From: Neoechinorhynchus agilis
Taxonomy: Eukaryota; Animalia; Acanthocephala
Direction of reading: 5' to 3'
DNA: 17,583 nucleotides
NCBI GenBank assembly: GCA_051530055.1
Contig: JBMGUZ010000057.1
Coordinates: 1-17,583, forward strand
The position numbers and the translations under genes were made by a program. The notes under the pieces are model-generated. The model searched no databases and was not told where the DNA came from. It saw only the letters and a program-made list of their open reading frames with translations. Position 1 is the first letter of the stretch. Every line of letters starts with the position of its first letter. Of the stretch, positions 1-8,795 are shown in pieces.

Positions 1-625
1 GATCAAAGCGGTGGGAATCCATGAAGGGCTGGACCGTTGCTTGAAATTACATGATAAATTATTCCAGCAAAAGACGGAACCGATCAGAAATATGGTAGTC
101 AGATTGAATCTCAGTCGAACAGCGGAACCCATTTTCGCATCAGCAAGAAGGATACCATTCGCATTGGAACAACCTGCGAGGGAAGAAATTTTGCGACTGG
201 TTGATGGAGGAATCTTGGAGGCCGTAGATATGGCGCAAGAACAAGTAGAATGGGCCACACCGATTGTCGTCGTCGTCCGGAAGTCAAATGGAAATTTCCG
301 TATCTGTGGCGATTTCAAAGTTACACTGAACAGGTTCCTGGCGGCTGATAGTTGTAACATTCCGTGTTTGGAAGATGTGTCGAGGAAGCTATACGGTGAT
401 CAGAAATACACAGTAATCGATTTATCGGAAGCGTATCCTCAGTTAGAAGTCGATCAAACAACCAAGAACTTGCTAACAATCGCGACTCCATGGGGATTAT
501 ACCGTTACAAAAGACTTCCTTACGGAGTATCGTCAGCCCCAAAAATTTTCCAGAAGTTCATGGATCAGCTGTTGGATGGCGTACCTTCAACCAAAGCTTA
601 TTTGGATGATATTATCATCACAGGC
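1..625 (+). mobile_element. Ty3/Gypsy LTR retrotransposon pol, N-terminal part of reverse transcriptase, broken just after the YLDD motif
   Basis: Frame is open from base 2 and reads ARRIPFAL...WATPIVVV.KSNGNFRICGDFKVTLN...IDLSEAYPQL...TPWGLYRYKRLPYGVSSAPKIFQKFMD...AYLDDIIITG, which are typical Gypsy RT motifs. Homology ends at 625; the ORF stop at 643 lies in unrelated sequence. Confidence 0.95.
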
Positions 626-803
626 CAGGCGAATTCTGACTAAAACTGGACATCATGAAACGCCGGAAACACGTCCAAGAGTTTTATTCCTCCAGATCTA
701 CCATTCTTTCGTGTCTGCTCTCATTGTGTACGCTCGCTGCTTTACTTGAAGTGTGCGAACACCCTCACAAAACAAGAATTGATGGCTAGTCAGGTTGTAA
801 CCA
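626..803 (+). mobile_element. Probable 3' (U5) remnant of an LTR
   Basis: Non-coding segment ending in ...GTAACCA at 803, one base before a primer-binding site. No matching second LTR was found in the window. Confidence 0.55.
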
Positions 804-804
804 C

Positions 805-822
805 TGGTGGCGGCGGTGGGAT
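805..822 (+). promoter_or_regulatory. LTR-retrotransposon primer-binding site complementary to the 3' end of tRNA-Leu
   Basis: TGGTGGCGGCGGTGGGAT matches 17/18 with the reverse complement of the eukaryotic tRNA-Leu(AAG) 3' end ATCCCACCGCTGCCA-CCA; the difference would be a G:U pair. It starts with TGG directly after a CA end. Confidence 0.8.
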
Positions 823-829
823 GCTCGAC

Positions 830-1390
830 AAAATAATTCTTGTCGTTTCTGGCTAAGCTTCTTCAATAAATTAACGCGTTCTTCTTTGAGGCCACAAAGA
901 TCTTTTCCCATTTCTTGGAGATCATCAACAAAACATGCAACTTTATTTTCATGAATCTTTATAAGATTTAAAACGGGACTTATTAAATTTTTCGATAAGT
1001 TGTTTTTATAGGATTTGTCTTCGAAAGATGACATTAATTTCTCTTCTTCTTCGGAATAAATCTCTTTCATTATTTTGTTCCTCTCCTCGAATTCCTTCAA
1101 TTTCTTTTCTTGTGCCTTAAATCGCTCGTCTATTTTCGTCCTATCGTCATTATCCACTCGCTTCTCAAATCGATTCGGGAATCTTGGTTATGTTCTGTAA
1201 AAATCTTTCTCAGTCAGCATCTAAAATTAAAATGACAAATTTTGTGATCTATAATTTTCACAACACGTTTCTTTGTTGGAATAGAAGAAGTTCGTGACTT
1301 TAAGACATCAATGAAATTATTATTTCAACATTGCAGTGGCACGTTTCACATTTCTATATGAATTTGGCAGCAATCAAAAAAAATTGACCT
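830..1390 (-). pseudogene. Truncated, stop-containing duplicate of the coiled-coil gene at 2260-2821
   Basis: Direct repeat of 2260-2821 at offset 1430, about 95% identical by manual count. ATG CTG ACT GAG AAA GAT TTT TAC AGA ACA TAA gives a premature stop at 1188-1190 where the other copy has CCG. The copy is cut at 830. Confidence 0.85.
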
Positions 1391-1743
1391 CCTTGGAATA
1401 GGGTTAGAAGCGACAAAAATATCTTGAATTCTTGGGCTATCTCTGGCCTTGTGTTCTATTCCAGAGGGAGACCGCCTGAACAACGCCTGAAATTCCAAAG
1501 TACCTTTCTCAACGCCCTAGCCAAGCCACCTTACCCTTGGGGAAAGTTCCCTCACTGGGCCGCGGAAAAAATGAACAAATGAATCGACATTTCCAAGGAC
1601 GACTTAGGCTGTACGTCCTAACAATCTCCACAGTTCATTATGCTACGTGGTTCGTTTTCGAATAAATCGATTATTATTATTATCTGCATTTCGAACAATT
1701 TATTATCCTATCGTTAAACGGAATTAAATGTTTTTCTACATCT

Positions 1744-2650
1744 TTATTCGAAGTGATACTTCAATAAGCAATTTCTTTCCCTTAAGACTTCAATCTTTCG
1801 ACTGTATCTTTCGATTTGTTGATCATAAATTTCATTAATCCGCTCGATCTCATTGGAAATTGCAGTATTGGCGTAATTTTGATACTTGCTAATCTCTGAT
1901 CTATAAACTTTGTGTGCGTCTTCTTCTGATTTTTTCATTTTCTCCGTCAAACTTTTCTTTAGCTCATTTTGTTCTTTGAGAAGTCTTTGTTGAGTAACTT
2001 GCTGATCAACACACTGTCGTTTCATATCTTCGAGACTGTCATTTTCCCGAGCGATGGCGGCTTTATATTCATTTAGTTTTAAGAGCATCAGCTGACAATT
2101 TCTAAAATGGGAAAAATCTTTCTATAAAAGGAAATTCGAAAAAGATTTTTCGAATACGAATTTTCTCTAATTTGGATTTATTGTGCTGATTTTCCTCTTC
2201 AAGAAGTTTCTGATCAACAAATTGATCTTGCTTTATTGAAAAATTTGAAGTATCATTCGAAAATAATTCTTGTCGTTTCTGGCTAAGCTTCTTCAATAAA
2301 TTATCGCGTTCGTCTTTGAGGCCACAAAGATCTTTTCCCTTTTCTTGAAGATCATCAACAAAACATGCAACTTTATTTTCATGAATCTTTATAAGATTTA
2401 AAACGGGACTTAGGAAATTTTTCGATAAGTTGTTTTTATAGGATTTGTCTTCAAAAGATGACATTAATTTCTCTTCTACTTCGGAATAAATCTCTTTCAT
2501 TATTTTGTTCCTCTCCTCGAATTCCTTCACTTTCTCTTCTAGTGCCTTAAATCGCTCGTCTATTTTCGTCCTATCGTCATTATCCACTCGCTTCTCAAAT
2601 CGATTCGGAAATCTTGGCGGTGTTCTATGGAAATCGTTCTCAGTCAGCAT
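1744..2650 (-). CDS. Uncharacterised coiled-coil protein, probably at least two exons (2650 to ~2158 and ~2117 to 1744)
   Basis: Two consecutive K/E/L/Q-rich heptad-like ORFs (2102-2650, 1744-2088) in different frames, separated by an AT-rich stretch. A GT(2157)...AG(2118) 40-nt intron would restore the frame. An upstream GT..TTTTAG 41-nt intron precedes the ATG. AATAAA lies downstream near 1700. Confidence 0.6.
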
Positions 2651-2821
2651 CTAAAATTAAAATGACAAATTTTGTGATCTATAATTTTTACAACACGTTT
2701 CTTTGATGGAATAGAAGAAGTTCGTGACTTTAAGACAGCAACGAAATTATTATTTCAACATTGCAGTGGCACGTTTCACATTTCTATATGAATTTTGCAC
2801 CAATCGAAAAAAATTTGACCT
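2260..2821. repeat. Second unit of a ~560-bp segmental direct duplication (partner 830-1390)
   Basis: Directly alignable, e.g. AAAATAATTCTTGTCGTTTCTGGCTAAGC at 830 and 2260, and TTGCAGTGGCACGTTTCACATTTCTATATG near both right ends. Confidence 0.95.
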
Positions 2822-3176
2822 TAAAAATTAATTTAGTTTGTGGAACAAGTGAATTTTTGTTGTCCAATTTTTTTTGTTCAATTTTACCGGAAATTGTTTC
2901 CAAAAATAGAAATAACTCTTATTTAGGCGGATTTCTTGTAATATTCAAAAATTCGAAGCCTGGAGTTTTTTCATATAACTTTTGTACTATTTTTTATTTT
3001 TACTTTTCTTTTGGGTTTTTTTCGCTGAACCTGCTCATTTCGATAAAATTGTTTATTTGGAACCAGCGATATGCGAGCAGTTGAAATTTATTTAAAAGGC
3101 TTTTAATGCTCAATTTTTTATTATGCTAAGAGAAAATGAAGATAAAAGTGAAATCGGCGGTACGAGAAATTTTGTT

Positions 3177-4965
3177 CGTGATAATATGAACAGAGCGTCG
3201 TGTCGCGCGATGTGCAAGAGCCTGGAGGCAGTGAGCCGCAATTGATCGATGGCTTTTGAAAGGAACATTTCCAGGTTAGACAGGTTACCGATTGGAGACC
3301 CGAGAATGTCAGCTGAGTCGGTTGCAGTTGTCTTTGCTCCGGAGATTACGGTGAGCAGTTTAGATGCATCCTCTTGGTCGTCCGAAATGATTTCGCATTT
3401 GTCCGTTCTCAGGAATAGTCCGATATCGGCATTGATTTCGGAGATGCTGTTGATGTCGCGGATGAGCTGGTCGATCGCTGGCGGACAACCTCTGTCATCG
3501 CGGAGCGGCATATTGAATTGAACGCGTTCTCCATGTCAAGATTGACCACAGCCGTTCCCTTATTGATACCATTTCGACTATACGCTTGTGCTGAGTGTAC
3601 GGCCGCCTCGGCTCCAGCAGGAACTCCGACTCCTAATTGAACCGGCAAGAGTTGGTCGATCAATCGATCGGTGACGAACTGACACGCGGCTTTGGATGGC
3701 AATCGACGGAAGGTACAACCAACGGCAATCGGACGAACCCCTCCACCTTTTTTTTGTGAAAGCGATCAGCTTGGCACCGCAGAGTAGACGCGCGACTGGA
3801 GGAGGTACGGAACCGCGGACGATTACGCGTGTGAGCTCGGTGATTGCGTTCAGCAATCGCGTACCTTGAGCTCCAGAAGAGAAGCAGGTCAAATCCCGTA
3901 AGTGTCGACGGCTTAAACCATCATGCCCTCCAGCTGACGATGGCGGAAAGGACATCAGAGCGTAAGTGACGGTGGAGACTGTAATAGGTATGAGGGGATC
4001 GCGGTCGGACTCTGTGAACGACGGATCATAATTTGGCTTGAAGCAACTCCGTCTGCGTGGAGGATGCTTCAATTTTAAGGAGTCGAGGGTGTCCTTGTTC
4101 GGCGCGAGTAGGCGGTCCGTTCCGCTTACAAGTCAAACGGCACCCCTTAGGTCGCCGTCCTCCAGCTTCTCGGAGCATTTCGCACGTAGTTGAGATTCCG
4201 AGTCGTGAGGAGCATTACGGCGATGGCTCTGCCATCCAAGATGCTCGACTTGTTCAAAGGACTCGAAAGCGTCGGACCTCTTGCGAATCTTTTGACTGAG
4301 CGATTTATTCTCGTTGGCTTCAGCAGTTTGTGTGGGAACACGTAAGACGGCTTTGGGAAACACGTGGAGGTTGAACCAGTCAGATGGTACGGTTAGATCT
4401 CGTATGATACGCTCGATCAGGCATGCTAATTTGGAAGCTACAGAGGACCTGGCGCCTTGCGGGATTCGTCCAATCATGCGGGTACCGTGTGAAAGCATCT
4501 CGATCAGTGCTGGCGGTGGGGCATTCGTGTCTGTGACCACAGTTGTGAGTTCGGTTAAATTGGATGGATTGGATGGATTGGATGAAGACGGAGAAGCAGG
4601 CTGAGTTGGAGGTTTTCTGGATCCAGGGCAATGCGAACCATGTTGACCGTGGGAGCGGACGAGACCACTGAGAGTCGGTTTGAAGACACGAAGACAAACA
4701 CTGCATTTGACGGATTTGCATTGGAGACTGGGTACCCCTTCGCCAGCAAGCGAAACAGCCGTCGCTGCGGACGTTGTTGCGGCATGCAAACTGCCTCCCT
4801 CGATAGAGGCCGCACTCGCACTGAGGTTTGAACTATCGGAATGCAATCTTTCCGGTGTTCCTCTGTTTACCATTGCGGGAATGTTTTCGAAGAGCACATG
4901 GGTTTCTCCTCGCCGGCGAGCGACGCAAGCCGGTGCGGCGGACGTTGTTGCAGTGGTACTCAATT
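3177..4965 (-). mobile_element. 5' half of a CRE-clade-like (RLE-type) non-LTR retrotransposon, frameshifted and with the RT core deleted
   Basis: N-terminal zinc finger CSVC...RSHG...HCPGS, then KLEDGDLRGAV, SFPPSSAGGHDGL, GGGVRPIAVGCTFRRLPSKAA, QLGVGVPAGAEAAVH, LDMENAFNSI, followed directly by DIGLFLRTDKCE...ILGSPIG...RHDALFILSR. Frameshifts occur near 4100-4133 and at the T8 run 3748-3755. Confidence 0.85.
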
Positions 4966-5161
4966 ATCCTTAAACGTTTTTTATATTGTTAAGCAAATCG
5001 AAGTGTTGATCATCAATCAATTTGTAAATATGCGCAAAGATAGTGAGCGGCCTGTATTCCCTTAAATGAAGAATCGACGTTGCTCAAATCATTATACCAA
5101 AGCGAGGACATTAATCTTGAGAATCTTAAATCTAAACTTCACAACTCGACTACTAATGTAG

Positions 5162-5467
5162 TTCAATCAAAGTCCACATAACAACATTAAGCAAAAAAGC
5201 CTGGTGGAACTTGGCATCGAGCTCCGAAATATGATCAATATTGGCATCAATAATGCCAATTGGATGTACGCGCGAGCAAATATCGGAGAGTTTATGAGGC
5301 GGCCAATAACTGCCAATGAAATTCGTGAATCGGGTATTTTAGAAATAATTGATGAAATGATGAATGAAAAAGGCAGCGAAAAGATTATTCTGTCCCTTAA
5401 AAAAATCAAGTACAGATTGCAGGTAATTCTCAAAAAGTTGACCCTCAAATCGAAGCGGAAAAGATGA
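5162..5467 (+). CDS. Open frame of unknown function, possibly an exon or pseudogene; weak resemblance to a TFIIS N-terminal (LW) helical domain
   Basis: Frame is open from after TAG 5159-5161 (a possible AG acceptor) to the stop at 5467. FMRRPITANEIRESGILEIIDEMMN loosely resembles LPITxxxLxETGIGxxVNxL. Confidence 0.3.
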   Translation, partial: FNQSPHNNIKQKSLVELGIELRNMINIGINNANWMYARANIGEFMRRPITANEIRESGILEIIDEMMNEKGSEKIILSLKKIKYRLQVILKKLTLKSKRKR

Positions 5468-5575
5468 AATTAGGAAATAAGATTACTAAGCGCTGCTTGG
5501 TTGTTCAGCCGCCTGTTTTATCTGGTGATGATTGTTTGATAGACAATCCGACTGAAAGAGAGAGATTTTATTCAA

Positions 5576-5614
5576 ACACCGAGCTTTCGCCGTCCAACGG
5601 CTTCTTCAGGGTGT
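5576..5614 (-). ncRNA. Minimal type I hammerhead ribozyme in the Penelope pseudo-LTR
   Basis: The - strand reads ACACC CUGAAGA A GCCG-UUGGA-CGGC GAAA GC UC GGUGU. Stem I is ACACC/GGUGU, stem II is GCCG/CGGC, and stem III is the loopless palindrome AGCU. Predicted cleavage is between 5581 and 5580. AATAAA at 5572-5567 follows. Confidence 0.85.
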
Positions 5615-6092
5615 AATCTGCAATGCGAGTGGAGGTTCACATGAGATTCATGACGGCAGACAACTCATCCTTCTGGTTAATGAGTGTCCTACCGACCGAT
5701 GCCCGCTAGAGTCCTCACGATCCCGGGTCTCTCGGGATATGATCAGCGCTTCCGCTATCGACAGTTCGACGGGATCCTGCGCTTTGTACATTATGCGCGT
5801 GGACAGCTGAACTGTTCCATCCGGGTGGACTCGCGAATAATGTTTCGCCCACGGTGTCGTCACATACGATTGCGCACTTGGGTTCAACGAGTTTCGTACA
5901 TGCTCGGCCACTCTTTGGCGAAGTGGCCTTTCTGTTTTGCCCACGTACGTGACCAAGTGGCCACGGTCAATCCGACACCGTTCACACCGGATCTCGTAGA
6001 CCACACTGCTCTGATCGCACATCTTCCAGTCACGATCAATGGCTTGCTGACGCTCCTCGTCCATCCTCGCACCTGCTGCGTATCTGCACATT

Positions 6093-6143
6093 AGGCACGA
6101 CCGAGGGCATTCCTGATGATCCTCATGATGCCTCGTTCTCGTC
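6093..6143. repeat. 51-bp sequence within the Penelope ORF, duplicated exactly at 7018-7068
   Basis: AGGCACGACCGAGGGCATTCCTGATGATCCTCATGATGCCTCGTTCTCGTC occurs at both positions in the same orientation. Confidence 0.97.
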
Positions 6144-7017
6144 AGCATCCTCCGCAGCGTTCTACACCCTCTGTGCACAATACGCACATTCAACCCTGCT
6201 TGCCTGGGCAGTACTTTAACTCTCTTCGTGAATATTTCACTCACGTACGGAATTCGTAGGATCGGCCTATCGTCCTTTCGTTCCCTCATGGGTCCAGCGT
6301 CTCGTCTAATTCTATTTTCCACTTCTCGCTGGAATCCTTCGATCTCCTCTGTCGAATATCCGTTGTCCGCGAAGATCTTGTTTACTGCTTCGACCGCTCC
6401 ACGCTTCGCGTCCCACGACGATGAGCAGGTGGTTGCCGATTTATGCATACCAGCGTATATCGCCGCTTTCATCGCCCAAGGATGGTGAGAATCTCGGTGC
6501 ATCACAATCGACTTCCTGCATGGCTTTCGATACCAATTGAAGTTGGACACATCGTCGGATTTGAAGCGGAGATTGAGGAATGGCAGATAGTCCGAAGGTT
6601 GGTCTCTCGTAACCCGAATCCTCCTATTCGAGTCCATTGAATTTAATAGTGATTCAATGGTATCGACCTCATCATCCTCGGTGAAGTTCAGCAACACATC
6701 GTCCACATAGCGGAGGTAAACTTGACTCGACGCTAAATGTGGATAGATGTGCAGTCTTTCCAGGTCCTCGAGGTAGAGGATGGCCAATACCGGAGCTAAA
6801 CTATTTCCCATTGCGAGACCACGAACTTGCTTATATAGCTGGTTTCGATAACGAAAAAGGGTTGCACTTCAGTACCAATCGAGTCAGACCAATAACATCG
6901 TCTGGAAGTAGACCGAAGAGGTCATGAGGATCGAGCGGTAATCCATATGACGATCCGTCAAGTTTTCTATGCCCTCTCGCAACAACAATTTTCTCTCTGT
7001 GTGGTCATCATCTCGCG

Positions 7018-7068
7018 AGGCACGACCGAGGGCATTCCTGATGATCCTCATGATGCCTCGTTCTCGTC
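7018..7068. repeat. Copy of Penelope-internal 6093-6143 at the Penelope/CRE junction
   Basis: Exact 51-bp match. It is flanked on the left by the truncated Penelope RT and on the right by CRE C-terminal coding sequence. Confidence 0.95.
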
Positions 7069-7971
7069 GTCGATCTCGGTCTCTTCAGACCTGGTGCTGA
7101 GAATCATCCAACCACACACTCGAATAGAGTCGCACCCACCACCTGAACTGATTGAAATGCACGCTCAATGGACATCAGTGTTCGGGCAGGTCGTTCCAAC
7201 GGAAACAAACTCCCAAAAATGTAGGACTGCCTTGCTCCACACTGCGTATTATCAGCAGCTTCTTAACTCATGCTCGTCTCCCAACGATAGAGCTCGTCTC
7301 TTGGCAGTCTCAGCTCCACACTCCAGCGACTTCTTGAAGGCTTTCCCAATCACATCTGTTGGCACGATGCTGGATGATCAGGCCATCACCGTCGCTGTGG
7401 GACTTCGGTTGGGCATCGAATTCTCAGGCTCATATACATGTCGGTGCGGTGAGACAGTGAACGGATCGGGAACTCACGGCCTTGACTGCAAGCGATCAAT
7501 TGCTCGCCACGCACGGCACTCAGCAGTCAACCGCATAATCAAGGAAGCCCTCTCAACGGCCGGGTTTCCAGCTCGACTCGAACCAGTTGGACTCTCCCAG
7601 AACGACGGTAAACGCCCTGATGGAGCGACTCTCCTCCAATGGTGCTCCGGGAAAATACTGGTTTGGGATTTTACCTGCCCCAACACGGGTATGCCACCTC
7701 AAAGGCGGGAGCAGTCGCCAGCTTCAGCGAGGAAAAGAAGCGGCAGAAGTACTCCTCGCTCGATGGGCATCAATATATTTTCATTCCGATTGCGGTGGAA
7801 ACACTGGGATGTCTCGGAAAAGAAGCCGATTATTTCCTCTCACGACTGGGAGGGATGCTAAAACATGCCACCGGCGATATGCGATCCAGCAGCTTCCTGT
7901 TGCAGCGAATCAGCGCGGCGATCCAACTCGGCAATGCCGCGGCCATCAAGGAAGCTGCCGAACAAACATAA
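7069..7971 (+). mobile_element. 3' part of a CRE-clade-like non-LTR retrotransposon (zinc knuckle and restriction-like endonuclease)
   Basis: DRARLLAVSAPHSSDFLKAFP...VAVGLRLG...CRCGETVNGSGTHGLDC...RHARHSAVN...LEPVGL...KRPDG...LVWDFTC, then a frameshift near 7686, then AGAVASFSEEKKRQKY...FIPIAVETLG...QRISAAIQLGNAAAI. Confidence 0.9.
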
Positions 7972-8795
7972 CATTTGAAGACAACAAATTGAGTAATTCA
8001 TGGATAAGCGGTTTCGACGCTTGTCAGCCTACATTTAGTAATATCACGCAATTGTGTTGCAAATAAGTTTTATTTGCTGTATTTTACATTGCTTTGGATC
8101 TGATTCCTCTTTGTTTTTCATTTTTGTCCTCTGGATTAAAATTATGATTGCTATGTTTTTTCTTGGGATGTCTTTAGAAAGTACAATTTATCCAAATTTA
8201 TTGCTTCAAAAAAGAGAATATTTAAACTTTAATATAATTAATAACCCCGGGGATCGCGTGAAGGGAATTCGAGGATTGAGCTGCAAGCACATTACTTGAG
8301 CAGATTTTATTGAACCTCAAGCGCTGTGGCTATTATAAAGCTATAAAGTTGGGAAAATACTGATCGGAATCGTCGGAAATCTGCACTAAAATCTTTTATA
8401 TTGCACACAAATTGTTGGATGTGAGAGGTTGAACAATAAAGAAACTCCTTAAGAGGGTTCGAAATACATTTTATCTTTGCGAACACATTCACAAGTGGCC
8501 ATTGGGATTATTAATCTCGACATTAAATCTTTATTAATAATTAAACGGGCGACTTTAACCTTTTTGCTTCATATTTTTCGTGTACCGTTTCGAATACTAC
8601 AAAATATTTTTATTCTTTTAAACGACTAGAACTCGGTCTCAGTTCGCAAAGAATATTGACTGAGTAAAATTCTGATCACATTTTATTCCTTGAACTCTTT
8701 CCGCTAAACAAAAAAGGCATCAATATTCAACAACACCTTTGGTCAATACTCCAAAAACATCATTTCTTGATAATATATTAAAAATATTTATTCTA

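Larger units (their letters stand above)
5470..7017 (-). mobile_element. 5'-truncated Penelope-like element (RT C-terminal half, GIY-YIG endonuclease, 3' pseudo-LTR)
   Basis: DDVIGLTRLVLKCNPF/FRYRNQLYKQVRGLAMGNSLAPVLAILYL...YLRYVDD...WYRKP...HRDSHHP...NGYS...LRIPYV, then GIY-YIG VVYEIRCERC...YVGKTERPLRQRVAEH...LSIAEALII (ORF 5648-6811). There is a frameshift near 6855. The 3' region carries a hammerhead and AATAAA. Confidence 0.93.

Noticed and set aside
2135-2154. Hairpin TTCGAAAAA-GA-TTTTTCGAA, and the 8-bp inverted repeat ATGCAACG/CGTTGCAT near 16257-16283
   Set aside because: These are short AT-rich or isolated stems with no supporting context for a structured RNA or a terminal inverted repeat.
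2761-3084. 107-aa F/L/N-rich ORF
   Set aside because: It has a TTG start and low-complexity AT-rich composition, and it overlaps the upstream region of the coiled-coil gene; likely spurious.
4560-4586. 9-bp tandem repeat (TTGGATGGA x ~3) and the 14-bp repeat GCGGACGTTGTTGC near 4767 and 4938
   Set aside because: They encode low-complexity linker peptides (SNPSNPSN, ATTSA) within the CRE ORF.
3249-4973. Several + strand ORFs (3249-3521, 4057-4299, 4314-4604, 4631-4831, 4680-4973)
   Set aside because: They are antisense shadows of the GC-rich CRE coding sequence with no recognisable motifs.
6112-6143. CTGATGA in the 51-bp repeat as a second hammerhead core
   Set aside because: No stem II or GAAA follows, and it is antisense to the Penelope ORF.
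6093-7068. CRISPR-like or regularly spaced repeat array
   Set aside because: There are only two copies, 925 bp apart, with coding sequence between them and no cas genes.
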